Below, in pieces: positions 1-13,414 of a stretch of DNA of 64,000 nt. The position numbers and the translations under genes were made by a program. Within the stretch, counting starts at the first letter, position 1. Every line of letters starts with the position of its first letter. Below the pieces are notes generated by a model. The model was not told the DNA's origin. It made no database searches and saw only the letters and a list, made by a program, of their open reading frames with translations. Source of the DNA: the human T2T-CHM13v2.0 reference genome, Homo sapiens; assembly GCF_009914755.1 (NCBI RefSeq), contig NC_060931.1; one strand, written 5' to 3'.

Positions 1-359
1 GAGAGAATCTGAGAAACACTCTCAAATTAAGTTGAACATGATGGATAAGTAAAGTATTGTGAAAGTTCACTCTCATGATTTCTAATGGTGAAACCTGGCA
101 GGGTGACTAATCTTTGACGAGAAGGTTATCACTTATAATCTTTCATATATTGAGATCATTTGTAAGAAGCACCCAGCACATTGCTGAACACAAAGTAGGT
201 ATTAAATAAATGTTGGCTTCCTTTTCTCCTACTCATCCTCGCTCTTCTTTTTAATATACCTTTAAAATGATGCCACAGAAATGGCCACCCAATCTTCTAT
301 ATTTAAGGTCAGTTCTTGCATTAGGAAATTCTATAGGGGAAGTATGTGAAGTATGTGTA

Positions 360-560
360 GTCAGTCATTAAATGCTTGGGCTCTGGCCACAGATTGTTTA
401 GGTTTAAATCCCAGTTTCCTCTTTTATTATTAATTGTGCAACTTGCTTGGGAAAACATGAAACTTGTTTTTCCTCAGGTTCATTATCTGTAATATATAGT
501 GAATGAAGAAGTTTCCTGTCCCATGAAGGTGTTGTAAAGATTAAAAAAGGCAAATTAGGC
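360..560 (+). mobile_element. MIR SINE
   Basis: gggctctgg...aaatcccagtt...ttgggaaaac...cctcaggttcattatctgtaa resembles the MIR core. Confidence 0.6.
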
Positions 561-1224
561 TGTGTATTTGTCATAATAATTGGCATATATGGTAAGTGAC
601 CAACAACCATAAGGTATTATAAAATTGTTATAAAATGATATGAGCTATCATTGAGCAGCATGAAAGAAGAGCTTCACTGTTTCACCTACTATCACCCTGG
701 CCCATTAATCTCTTTCCTGTTCCTGACATTTCAGAGATACGTTTAGGATTTCAATCATGACCTTAAGCCACATTTGAACAATTTTCTGGTGGATAAGTCC
801 TCATTCCCACATTATGTATGTACCTAGATGCAAATCCTGAATATCATGTCGCAATTAGTGCATCTGGACATGCTTGCTAACTGTGTTAAAGCTCTGAATA
901 ATGGTAAAGTTTTATTTCTACCAAAACAAATTTGGGCTGTAATGTTTTATGATAAAAATCTGTGGTCTTCCTATGTACATGTGTGTGTACATGCTTAAAA
1001 TGCAATGTTATAGTTAAATGTAATTCATTAAAAGTATGTAACTCCAGTGGCTACTTAGTTTGGCTACTTGGTTTGTAGATTTCTGCTTTCCTGTTTCATT
1101 GTTAAACAGGTCTAGAAGTTATTATTTCATGAAACTAATGTGAGGAAAAAGACTATGTTGATATATAAGTGACATTATATAAATACATGAGGGATGATTT
1201 GATTAGAAGCAGTATTACACAGTG

Positions 1225-1395
1225 ATAGGAGTAATGGTTTAGAACTAGACTCAGGTTTGAATCTTAGCTCTATCATTATAGGCATTTACTTAACTTTTCT
1301 TGTTTGCTTAACTGAAAACTGAAGATAATAACACCTATTTACATGGTTGTTATAAGGGTTATATGAATAATGTCTGGCAAATAGTAAGAACTCAA
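1225..1395 (+). mobile_element. MIR SINE
   Basis: tagactcaggtttgaatcttagctct...ttacttaac...ataataacacctatttacatggttgtt. Confidence 0.6.
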
Positions 1396-2256
1396 GTAAC
1401 TGTTTCACTCTTTCCAGAAGGAGATTGGCTGAAAAATATTTGGAGTCTCCTCCAGCCATATTCCTTGGTCAGCTTCTATGATCCTCTTTGGAGCTTAATT
1501 CTTAATCCCTTTATTTTCACTTGCTTGTTGATAACAAAGAAGAACTAATTATTAATTTATTTCAAAATGCATGTATTATATTTGATGGGCCACACTAACA
1601 GTTATAAACCAAACAACAGATTGGGAATGGGGAAGTGGATGTGGTGAGTTCAATCACATGTCTGGGAAAAGTCAATAGTGAAGACAGAGTCTCACAATTT
1701 TTTGTCATAATGGAGAGATGAAAACACAGGTAGAGGATTTCAAACAACAGAGTGGATGGTGAGTTAAAAATGCTGAAATTCTTTCCTGGTGTCTAACTTA
1801 ATGCAATGTGGTTTATCTCTTTGCTCTTTTCTCTACTATTCAAATTTAGGATAATAAAGATTAAATGTTTCTAAATCTTACTTTACAATATCAAGAAAAA
1901 AAGGTATGCTTTTGCCCACGGAAGGGCAAAGCAGAGCTATGAAAACCTGCTGAACACATTCTTTATTTTCAACACAGGTTCTTGTCTTTCCATCATGAAA
2001 TGCACATTTTATTTGTACTGTATTTGGGTGACCACAAGTCAACAACAAGATAATTCACAAGACCCTTGCCTTAGATGTGTCGGCAATAAAGTAATCAGGC
2101 CAAAATTTTTACTTTCCTTTGAATTTTTCAATTCAAACACAATGTATGCTTGCTTTTACACAGTAGGGTTCAGGGATTAGAGGGTTGGCTCTTTAAAAAC
2201 CGTCAGAGACACAGGCAATCCTACACAAAATTCTCAGAAGGAAGGCGCCTACGCCT

Positions 2257-2266
2257 GGGAATGCCC
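2257..2266 (+). promoter_or_regulatory. NF-kB element GGGAATGCCC (~1.1 kb upstream of TSS)
   Basis: kB-like motif; position agrees with the known IL-1-responsive CFTR kB site. Confidence 0.7.
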
Positions 2267-3310
2267 AGATGCCCCTCAGAGAGTTGAAGATGGCGTTTCT
2301 CTGAGTCAGGTCAAAGTTAACACATTACCTTCGCTTCAAAGACTGCTTGGCTTCCTTTCGGTGGATTAGTCAAGATGTTTTGCTGACTGAGACTAGGAAA
2401 TCTATAGGAGGGCGGGTTAGTTTACATTGTTCCTTGTCATTATCGCTAAAACACTCCAAAGCCTTCCTTAAAAATGCGCACTGGGCTAAAAAGGATAGAC
2501 AAGGAACACATCCTGGGCCGGTAATTACGCAAAGCATTATCTCCTCTTACCTCCTTGCAGATTTTTTTTTCTCTTTCAGTACGTGTCCTAAGATTTCTGT
2601 GCCACCCTTGGAGTTCACTCACCTAAACCTGAAACTAATAAAGCTTGGTTCTTTTCTCCGACACGCAAAGGAAGCGCTAAGGTAAATGCATCAGACCCAC
2701 ACTGCCGCGGAACTTTTCGGCTCTCTAAGGCTGTATTTTGATATACGAAAGGCACATTTTCCTTCCCTTTTCAAAATGCACCTTGCAAACGTAACAGGAA
2801 CCCGACTAGGATCATCGGGAAAAGGAGGAGGAGGAGGAAGGCAGGCTCCGGGGAAGCTGGTGGCAGCGGGTCCTGGGTCTGGCGGACCCTGACGCGAAGG
2901 AGGGTCTAGGAAGCTCTCCGGGGAGCCGGTTCTCCCGCCGGTGGCTTCTTCTGTCCTCCAGCGTTGCCAACTGGACCTAAAGAGAGGCCGCGACTGTCGC
3001 CCACCTGCGGGATGGGCCTGGTGCTGGGCGGTAAGGACACGGACCTGGAAGGAGCGCGCGCGAGGGAGGGAGGCTGGGAGTCAGAATCGGGAAAGGGAGG
3101 TGCGGGGCGGCGAGGGAGCGAAGGAGGAGAGGAGGAAGGAGCGGGAGGGGTGCTGGCGGGGGTGCGTAGTGGGTGGAGAAAGCCGCTAGAGCAAATTTGG
3201 GGCCGGACCAGGCAGCACTCGGCTTTTAACCTGGGCAGTGAAGGCGGGGGAAAGAGCAAAAGGAAGGGGTGGTGTGCGGAGTAGGGGTGGGTGGGGGGAA
3301 TTGGAAGCAA

Positions 3311-3364
3311 ATGACATCACAGCAGGTCAGAGAAAAAGGGTTGAGCGGCAGGCACCCAGAGTAG
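3311..3364 (+). CDS. 5'UTR uORF, 17 aa (MTSQQVREKGLSGRHPE)
   Basis: ATG at 3311 to TAG at 3362-3364; present only in transcripts starting at or upstream of ~3299. Confidence 0.75.
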   Translation: MTSQQVREKGLSGRHPE

Positions 3365-3430
3365 TAGGTCTTTGGCATTAGGAGCTTGAGCCCAGACGGC
3401 CCTAGCAGGGACCCCAGCGCCCGAGAGACC

Positions 3431-3483
3431 ATGCAGAGGTCGCCTCTGGAAAAGGCCAGCGTTGTCTCCAAACTTTTTTTCAG
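3431..3483 (+). CDS. CFTR: CFTR exon 1 coding part (c.1-53)
   Basis: gagaccATGCAGAGGTCGCCT..., encodes MQRSPLEKASVVSKLFF(S); donor AG|gtgaga at 3484. Confidence 0.99.
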
Positions 3484-5164
3484 GTGAGAAGGTGGCCAAC
3501 CGAGCTTCGGAAAGACACGTGCCCACGAAAGAGGAGGGCGTGTGTATGGGTTGGGTTTGGGGTAAAGGAATAAGCAGTTTTTAAAAAGATGCGCTATCAT
3601 TCATTGTTTTGAAAGAAAATGTGGGTATTGTAGAATAAAACAGAAAGCATTAAGAAGAGATGGAAGAATGAACTGAAGCTGATTGAATAGAGAGCCACAT
3701 CTACTTGCAACTGAAAAGTTAGAATCTCAAGACTCAAGTACGCTACTATGCACTTGTTTTATTTCATTTTTCTAAGAAACTAAAAATACTTGTTAATAAG
3801 TACCTAAGTATGGTTTATTGGTTTTCCCCCTTCATGCCTTGGACACTTGATTGTCTTCTTGGCACATACAGGTGCCATGCCTGCATATAGTAAGTGCTCA
3901 GAAAACATTTCTTGACTGAATTCAGCCAACAAAAATTTTGGGGTAGGTAGAAAATATATGCTTAAAGTATTTATTGTTATGAGACTGGATATATCTAGTA
4001 TTTGTCACAGGTAAATGATTCTTCAAAAATTGAAAGCAAATTTGTTGAAATATTTATTTTGAAAAAAGTTACTTCACAAGCTATAAATTTTAAAAGCCAT
4101 AGGAATAGATACCGAAGTTATATCCAACTGACATTTAATAAATTGTATTCATAGCCTAATGTGATGAGCCACAGAAGCTTGCAAACTTTAATGAGATTTT
4201 TTAAAATAGCATCTAAGTTCGGAATCTTAGGCAAAGTGTTGTTAGATGTAGCACTTCATATTTGAAGTGTTCTTTGGATATTGCATCTACTTTGTTCCTG
4301 TTATTATACTGGTGTGAATGAATGAATAGGTACTGCTCTCTCTTGGGACATTACTTGACACATAATTACCCAATGAATAAGCATACTGAGGTATCAAAAA
4401 AGTCAAATATGTTATAAATAGCTCATATATGTGTGTAGGGGGGAAGGAATTTAGCTTTCACATCTCTCTTATGTTTAGTTCTCTGCATGTGCAGTTAATC
4501 CTGGAACTCCGGTGCTAAGGAGAGACTGTTGGCCCTTGAAGGAGAGCTCCTCCCTGTGGATGAGAGAGAAGGACTTTACTCTTTGGAATTATCTTTTTGT
4601 GTTGATGTTATCCACCTTTTGTTACTCCACCTATAAAATCGGCTTATCTATTGATCTGTTTTCCTAGTCCTTATAAAGTCAAAATGTTAATTGGCATAAA
4701 TTATAGACTTTTTTTAGCAGAGAACTTTGAGGAACCTAAATGCCAACCAGTCTAAAAATGCAGTTTTCAGAAGAATGAATATTTCATGGATAGTTCTAAA
4801 TACTAATGAACTTTAAAATAGCTTACTATTGATCTGTCAAAGTGGGTTTTTATATAATTTTCTTTTTACAAATCACCTGACACATTTAATATAGGTTAAA
4901 AAATGCTATCAGGCTGGTTTGCAAAGAAAATGTATTACAAAGGCTGCTAAGTGTGTTAAGAGCATACTCATTTCTGTTCTCCAAAATATTTCATAAGGTG
5001 CTTTAAGAATAGGTATGTTTTTAAAAGTTAAGTTCCTACTATTTATAGGAACTGACAATCACCTAAAATACCAATGATTACAAACTTCCTTCTGGCCTTC
5101 TGGACTGCAATTCTAAAAGTGTAAAAAACATATTTTCTGCATTAAGTTAGGCAGTATTGCTTAG

Positions 5165-5365
5165 TTTTCAAAGTGGTAGGCTTTGGAGTCAGATTATTTT
5201 GATTCAGATCCTACATCTACTGTTTAGTAGCTCTGTTGCCTGAGGCAGGTCCCTTAACATCTCTGTGTGTGACTTGACCTTTAAAATTTGGAGACTGTCA
5301 TAGGGGTTAATCCCTTGAGAAAATGAATGTGAAAAGTTAGCCTAATGTTAACTGCTATTATTATG
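5165..5365 (+). mobile_element. MIR SINE
   Basis: ggctttggagtcaga...gattcagatcct...ggcaggtcccttaacatctctgtg. Confidence 0.6.
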
Positions 5366-6892
5366 GATTACCATATTTTCACATTCATCACAGTACATGC
5401 ACCTTGTTAATATAAGATGCTCAATTCATCTTTGAGTATAATTTTGTGACTCTCAATCTGGATATGCAATGAGTGGGCCTGTATGAGAATTTAATTTATG
5501 AAAAATTGTGTTTCACATGGCCTTACCAGATATACAGGAAACACGTCACATGTTTCTATTGTATGTTGTTAAATGCCTTAGAATTTAACTTTCTGAATAG
5601 GATCCCTTCAGTTTGAGAGTCATAAAAGAGTAAAATTATTATGGTATGAGTTATAGATTGTATTGAATATCTCTTTATATGTCTAGGTTTTGTCATTGGA
5701 AAACCAAAAAGTTTGGAAAAAAAATCTAAGTTATTGCTTACTTTCTTAATTTTGTGTGGATTTCACATCAAGTATAAAATTTGAAGAACATCTGAACTAT
5801 CATAATCCATATATATATATAAAATAAACATAATCTAAGAGAGAATTTCACCATGAAAAATTCAGGTAGTTCATGACTATCAGAGCAAACAAGTACATTA
5901 AATTGAAACTTTTATGAAAATAACATTTATGAAATAGGAAGCTATTTTTAAACTAGAAGTGATATATTAGCATATAATTTATAATTCATATACAAGTGGG
6001 ATTGATTTATAAATGGTCACCAACAGAGATTGTGCTATTTAATTTGGGAAAATTTTTTAAATTTACATTTTCTCACAACTTTTAAGGTAGTTATTCAGTT
6101 TGTTCCTCTCTGTCTCTTCTCTCATGCCCTGAATTTTTCATATTTCATTTAGTTGTAAGAGTGTATATCAAACCGTGTGTCACATGACATAACTTGAATT
6201 TTCGTCGTGATATCTGTGCTATGTCTAGGTCTATACTGAGGAACTGTGGGAACCCCACAGAATCCAAGTATACAGTGCCACTGATTTCTTACAAGGGATG
6301 TGGGGTCTCCTGTAAACTCTGCAGTTAGTCTCAAGTAAGACCAAAGAGTAAAATATTGTTAGGATCTAAGGTGGAAATTCAGCAAAGAATCACATAGTCT
6401 AAGTCTCGAGTTTAACAGTAAGATAATTTGAGATACTTTTGTAATTATTAAACACAAAGTAATGAGAGATTTTAAAACAAACAAATACACCTGAATTTAT
6501 ATATCAGAATAGGTATGGTGGTTCAAAATAGCTATCTAATAAAAACCACACTCCTATTCTAAACATTTGCCTTTGATCAAAATAATTTTGGGTCTCTTAT
6601 TATGAAATTGCCTTTCTAAATAATACATAAATTTCTTCTCATAAGTATATATTAGCCACATTATTTTATTGTTATTGTTTTATATTCATAGCTTGCTTTA
6701 GATTAAAAATTATATTACCCAGACTGGTCTCTTGGACTTGCTTCCAAGTGACTTTTGACTGTATCACAAAATCAAATTCACTCTGAAAATATAAAGATTT
6801 TTCATCATAATTTCCTTTGTTAACAGCCAAGTGCTACCTAATTTTAGGTGTTTTCATTAAAAAAAAATGCATTGCAAACTTTAAAGACAATT

Positions 6893-7213
6893 CTTTTGTT
6901 TGTTTGTTTTTAAAAGACAGAGTCTCACTCTGTTGCCCAGGCTAGAGTGCAGTGACACAATCATAACTCACTGCAACCTCCACCTCCTGGGCTCAAGTGA
7001 GCCTTCCATCTTGCCTCACGAGTAGCTGGGTCTTCAGGTGTACAGGTGTGTACCACCATGCCTGGCTAACTTTTTTTTTTTTTAAGTTATATAGAGACAG
7101 TATCTCACTATGTTGCCCAGGCTGCTCTTGGAGCTCCTGGCCTCAAGTTATCCTCCCACTCAGTCTCCCAAAGTGCTGGGATTACAGGCGTAAGCCACCT
7201 CACCCTGTCAGCC
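6893..7213 (-). mobile_element. AluJ
   Basis: Diverged dimeric Alu, antisense (gagtctcactctgttgcccagg...caaagtgctgggattacaggcg). Confidence 0.9.
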
Positions 7214-9829
7214 TAAAGACAGTGCTTAATGAAGAGAAATATAAGTGCTTTGAGCAATGGAAGTATAATTAAAATTATACTATGAAAGATTTATAAAGAT
7301 GACCATTTTGAATGGGACCACACTTATTTGGTTATATAAATTATGATACACTATTAAAAATTCATCATGATGATTTTGTATTTACATTTTATTTACATGT
7401 TTGCAATTTGTGAGGAAAGCTAAAATTATGGCTAAGCCATAAATATTTTTGCAGTTTGTTGAGGGTGTTTGTAAAAGTGTTGCCAAGGAAGACCAGTTGG
7501 CTACCCAAACAAGGGTTTAGTCTAGGTCTGATCAATACATACACATTATCTCAGGTTTGTCTATCAGAAAAACCTTAGGTTATCCAAATCAAAATAAAAT
7601 AGATGCATAAAACAAAGGCCAATATGTGTTGAACAATTATATTGTGATATACAACTGCCAAGCATTCCCGATTACCATGACTCCATTTAGTCAGTCCATG
7701 GGCAAATGCCATCAATGAGGACAGCCCAGGGTTTCCATATTCTCTCTTGGCTTTACATCCTATAGGAATTGGAGGGGCCCACCTCTGGGATAGGAGCCCT
7801 TCTGTCTTGAACAATGTTGTCTGAACACTAACAAATGTTGACTTTCTACACCAGTCCCTCAATAGTCTTTTCTATTTATCCTTTTGCTGACCATGTTTTG
7901 TTATTACACAGTTGAGATTTTTCAGCTGGGAATCTGTGTTAATTTTGTATTAATTTTGATTAGCTTAACTCTCAGAGTTCTAAAAGTACCTCCTGTACCT
8001 GATATATGACAAAAATTATAATTACATTTATTTATATATAAAATATCTTTGTATATGTAAAATATCTTTGTATATATAATTATATAATTGTTTCTTTTAA
8101 TTTTGCAAATTTTAAAAAGTTCTCCTTTGTTTTGAAGTTTATTCCTATAGTTTTTTATATGCTAGTTAAATTATTAATCACTTGATTCAAGTAATATTCT
8201 TATATACTTATAAGGAATAGTGTAGTTTTAATATTTAATTCCTTGCTAAAGAGAGAAGTGGAATCTATTTTTCTTAGCTACTTCATCAATATTTTATGTT
8301 TGATGTGACAGTCAAAATATCCCTCAGAGCTAACTGTTACACTAGGGAAATCACGGTTTTCCAGTTTTCCATTTATGTGTTATGGGAGGGAGTGGAACTT
8401 AGTGTAATAATATTCAATACATAAATGTTAACACTTGTTTAAAGGTCCTTGAGTGAGTACTGCTATAAAATGCATTATTATTGCTAGTGTCATTTCACAA
8501 GAGCCTATAATTTCAGTGTGATAGAGCTACAATATAAGTATAGTATTGCAAAACCATCAGGAAGGGTGTTAACTATTTAGCATGCAGTTATGTGTTGGTT
8601 GTCAAAACGTTAAAAACATCTCTGACTCAGCAGCAATTTTGGCAATTTTGATCCTGAGGCATCTGTGTAGGGCATCTTCCTGGAGAAAAACCTCTGAGAT
8701 GCAATGAGGTCAAAAGGGGAAAACAGACTATGATAAAGATCAAGTTGTTTGGAGATCTTGTAGAAAGATTAATTTACAAATATGTCAAGTGCATTATCAT
8801 GGAGGAAAACATTGCTATTTCTGTTGGTTCTCTTCAGAGCTCTAGAATCAATTTACCACATAGTTGTTTCAGTGTGAAATTAGCATTACAGAGTGGCTTT
8901 ACGGCTTTACTGTAGGGCATTGTGTCAGCAAAGAGCTTAGGCTTCTTTTAGCAAGAAGCTTGTAAAAATTTAATTTACTCTTAGATTGCTTGATGTAGAG
9001 AATTACATTCCTACAGAGCTCTGAAAAATCTTTTTTCAGAGTTTTTCACAGCTGTATTCAAGTTGCAAGGCTTGTCAACTTTGCTATTTTTCTGTGCAGC
9101 TCTGTTAACTTATTATTATCTTTTGACATAAATTATGATTCCAAATTGTAAAGCTCTGGATGTCAGGGCCTTTTCTAATTTGTTTAGTATGATATTCAGA
9201 CCATTTCAAGACTCTTCCGTGGAACAATTTAATAAAGATTTTTTTGTGATGTTAATGAGTTCATGGTGATCAACCCTAGAGACCTGTGTCTATTGTAGAT
9301 CGATGACATTCAACAGTCCTGCAGTGCTGGCATCATTTTGATAAAAAGGGGTCAAAGCAAGTGGGACTGTGGGCAGATTTTTAATGCTTAGAACAATTAT
9401 TCCATCGAAGTTTTCTTGTGTCCCTTCTGCCTTAGCCTTTGTAGGATAGCATGCTTGCTAATTTCTTGCTCATGGGGTAAGGAAATGAAGATTTTTGCTA
9501 GGTCCGTAGGATTATTAGGACTACTCAGGCCTGAAGCTATGCCTGGATATAGCCAGAAAACTCTCCCATAGCTTGCTCCAAGGAGCTGAGATACAGCAGT
9601 ACTTCCTTTGTAGGTCATGATTCTGGGTAACCTGGAAGATGACCTCATTCATATTCTGTATTCTATGTGAGACGTTAAGAAGGTAGAGGTGGCCAAGAAG
9701 GAAATTGTTGCTGCCTTTATGGAACAAATTATCTGAAACCCAGCTTTCTCGAGGGCTTCATTGAAGTACTCAACTGGGGCACTTAACCCAGTCTAAGGCT
9801 GGTCAAGGAAGGCTTGCTGGGGGAAGTGT

Positions 9830-10420
9830 CTTTTGTATTCACACCTAAAGGAGGTTATTCAATTAGAATTATCCAAAGAGGGTAGGGATGGGCTAGGAAA
9901 AATTTAAACAGGTAGTGTGGAGGACTGACAGGATAAGTAAGCATGGCACCTTCAAAATATCCTGAGAAGTTCCCTATGACGGGAACATAAAATATGTGAC
10001 AGAGATTTGTGGGAGATGGGTCTGGAAACTCTAGCAGGGGCCAGATCGTAAGGGGGCTTTGTAGGCTTTGTAGGCTTTGTTTGGGCTTTATCATACTGGA
10101 AGTGAAAAGCCATGGCTTTTAAACAGGAGAGGGACATAATCAGTTCATATACTGTTGCAGTTTTGTAAAAGAAAAGATGAGCTGAAAGAGTGGCCATGGT
10201 GGAGGTGGGTGGGGTGGGGGGGGAGGGGGCGGGGAGAGAGAGAGAGAGAGAGAGAGAGATTTGAAAGACATTTAGGAGGTAAAATCAACTGGTTTGGTAA
10301 TCAATTAGTAGTTGAAGGTGAAGGAAAGAGAAGAGTTAAGGATAACATCTATATTTGTTGATTTGGATAATAGAGGGGACAGTGGTGCTGCTTATTGAAT
10401 GAGAAAATTTAATCGGAGAA
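9830..10420 (-). mobile_element. L2 LINE fragment with embedded G-tract/(GA)n
   Basis: aagccatggcttttaaacaggagagggacataatcag...gacatttaggaggtaaaatcaactgg is typical antisense L2. Confidence 0.55.
10234..10259. repeat. (GA)13 microsatellite
   Basis: Seen directly. Confidence 0.95.
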
Positions 10421-11434
10421 GAAGGCATGGAGCAGGAGTGCAGACCTATGTGACTCTACTTCTCTCAAAACCAGAAACGGAAATGATGTATATGGCTCAG
10501 GGTTAGGTAATATGGTTATTTGAAAATGTATTAAAGTGATTTAGAGCTTAGTCTTAGGTAAGAGATATAAGATGTCTGAGGTGACAGTTTTATAAATATG
10601 TAGAGTGCCCACTTGTTTGGCCTTATTGTGGCATAGTGTGACCTGAGAGTGTTAGGAAGAAGCAGCTGAGTTCTAGGGACAGTACTGGTTAAATTCTACT
10701 TAGAAATTATACTTAGAACTCTCCTATATAACCTGCTAACTGATGTCTGAACCTCCTGATAACTTCACTCCTTTAGGCAGTGCTTTTCACATCACGGGAC
10801 ACAACATATGAGAGATCATAGAAATTCAATGTGGTATGAAAATCTGCTTGGGACTTCAGATATTGTCTCCAGTGATTGAATAAAAATAGGAGCTCACCTA
10901 CTATGATGAGGTTTCTGTGTGTGTTAAAAGAAGGTTTTCATTACTTTTGAAAAGGTTATGTATCCTTGTTTTATGTTAAAACTTTGAGCTTTGTTAAATA
11001 TGCAGAGTTCTCTTTCTTAGCATGGCCTACAGAGGTGCAACTACCTCCTACCTGACTTCACATCTACTCCCAAATGCCTAGTGAAGGCTTAATAATTTCA
11101 AAAAGGGACTCTAGAATTTCATTTGATACCAGTCAGACAAATGTGTGAAAATTAAGCATAATAGGCAGAATCCCAGGGGTACTGACAGCTGTATTAAGAG
11201 GTGATTCAAGGGCTAAACCTTAGAGTCCAGCATTGGTTATGGGTGTGACAAGAAAATGAAGCCTATGTTGGCTGGGATTAGCAACCACAGTTCTAGAGGA
11301 AGCAAGGTGGAGAAACTATATAGGGGGCTCCCTTTGTACGTTTTATTTATTTTAAACATCTCTATAAACTCTAGAAATTAAAACAACAATACCAACACAA
11401 AAGCATCACTTTTTCGACCAAAGACCATTGCTAT

Positions 11435-11550
11435 ACTTTTTTGTGTAAAGGGCTAGATAGTAAATATTTTCAGCTTTGTGGGCCACATAAGTCTCTGCAA
11501 TAGACAATATGCAAACAAATAAGCATGGCTGTGTTTCAATTAAACTTTAT
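11435..11550. mobile_element. MER58A (hAT-Charlie) fragment
   Basis: gtaaagggctagatagtaaatattttcagctttgtgggccac...gcatggctgtgtttcaattaaactttatt. Confidence 0.75.
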
Positions 11551-13414
11551 TATGAACATTAAAATTTGAATTTCATATAACTTTTACATGTTGCAAAATA
11601 TTCTTTATTTAAATTCTATTGCAATATGCTTTAAAAGATACAGTTTTTAGTCTTTCTTAGTTTAAAATAAAATCTAGAAAAAATTTTAAGTCTTCTATAA
11701 CTTTTTTTCGGTAACTGAATAATTTTAAAAGTAAGTGAAACATTTAGACATGCAAAATGGACTTTTCAGAAGAAGAAAATGGTAGGTTAACAGTTATTAG
11801 ATTATTGTCCAGAATAATTTTTGACTTATAAGTCTCTGTTGACCATTTCATTGCCTCTTTTTTTGGAATATGCATCTTTTAATGTGTCCTTCAAGGCAAA
11901 GGCTCTATCTTATCTATCTTGTGTCTTGCATTTTCCCAGGGCAATGTTTTTCACAATTTTTTTAAAAAACAATACTGTAATCAATTTTCAAATAAAATTT
12001 TCCATGGGACCGCAGTGTATACAAATAGCAGTGACAATAAAAGATAATAACTCTCCCATAAATACAAAGAAACAGTTAACCTAGTGCTCTAAAGTAAAGG
12101 CTACAGTGATTTTGTATAACATTTATATGTAATTTTCTTGATCCTACATGGTTGTGTTTTTCACAGTGTTATGTTTCTGAAATCGAGATGCCTTTTATAA
12201 TTGATGTCAAAAGAAACTTGTCAGCCACCAGGCCCAGGAATAAGTTGTAATATGGGAACTTAGCAATACATAAAGGTATATATACTCCTGTGACCTCAGC
12301 TGAATTATTTGCATTGGTTGGATCCCACAAGGTTGACTCTTAAATAAATTTAGTTTGTTGCTTGAAATTTCTTGGGATAAATTACTTTGTGATGTAGTTT
12401 TGAAAAAAAAACAGGTAATATTTAGTCTGAAGTTTGTCTGACATACTAAGCAATGTAATTAAAGTAGAAGTCGCCTAAGCTCAGCACTTTATTATGCCTT
12501 GAAATTATACTGCCTGTCCTACAGGTGAAGGTGTTATGAATGCAGTTTGTCACTGTAACTCTATTCATAGCTCTGAAAGGCTGAGAGTGACTCAGAAGAA
12601 TATTTTTGCTCTGAATATGAAGAACGCTTAGACTAAAACTTTAATTACGATGCTGAAGAAGAAAGTGGTAGGTGATTGCATGAATAAGTACGTAATATTG
12701 TTAATTTCTAAAAACTGTGTATAGTTAATGTAGTGCTTCTTTTTGGAAAGGCTATTGTTAAATTGATGGTAAATTCTATAACCAATATCACCTTAAAGCA
12801 AGTACGCATGATAAAGTATTATAAAACCATGATAATATCATATGTGGCTTATTATTGTTCCCTGAGTGTTGTACAACTCTGTTATGCTGTGATGAAACCT
12901 CATGCAAACAGGTATGTCAAAGATATGATGGGCTGTTAACTGAGCTTGGCCCACATATGGTGTAGTGACATGCTCACTAATGCAGTGCAGAGATAACCAA
13001 TAACAGATCATAACAGGTTTAAATATGTGCAAGGAGATGTCAGCAGAAGCTTTCCTACATAGTGAATACTAAACAAGCCTGACAGCCCAGGATCATGTTC
13101 GGATCAATCTAGTGTGCTAAAATTAACATATAGTCCTACATTTGAGAATGTGTGATTTTCTTGGTTCCTGTCTATAAAATAATATTTTAAAATACATACA
13201 TTTCAAATCAGAAGTTGGTGAATTCACTGAAATATTTCTAGAGAACACTAGGTATTGGGGCTCATAGTGTGAAAACCACTGACTTAATTCTTCCCCCATC
13301 TTGGTTGTTCCTGATCTTCCCTTGTGTCCCCATTCCAGCCATTTGTATCCTTAGAAAATGATCTCATATTCTACTTCATCTTTATCTTCATTGTCAACTG
13401 TCAGGTAGCAATAT

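Larger units (their letters stand above)
2690..3550 (+). promoter_or_regulatory. CFTR: CFTR TATA-less CpG-island promoter
   Basis: Sharp rise in GC/CpG against AT-rich flanks; GC boxes (gggcgg); purine-rich tracts at 3100-3150; CArG-like GCAAATTTGG at 3191-3200; inverted CCAAT (ATTGG) at 3300-3304; CRE-like TGACATCA at 3312-3319. Known TSSs lie near 3299 and 3361. Confidence 0.92.

Noticed and set aside
2347-3600. Cluster of overlapping 68-134 aa ORFs on both strands
   Set aside because: Expected in a GC-rich CpG island with few stop codons; low-complexity Pro/Gly translations with no recognisable domain.
5031-5053. agttccta...taggaact inverted repeat resembling a recombinase site
   Set aside because: 8-bp arms only; expected by chance in 64 kb of AT-rich DNA.
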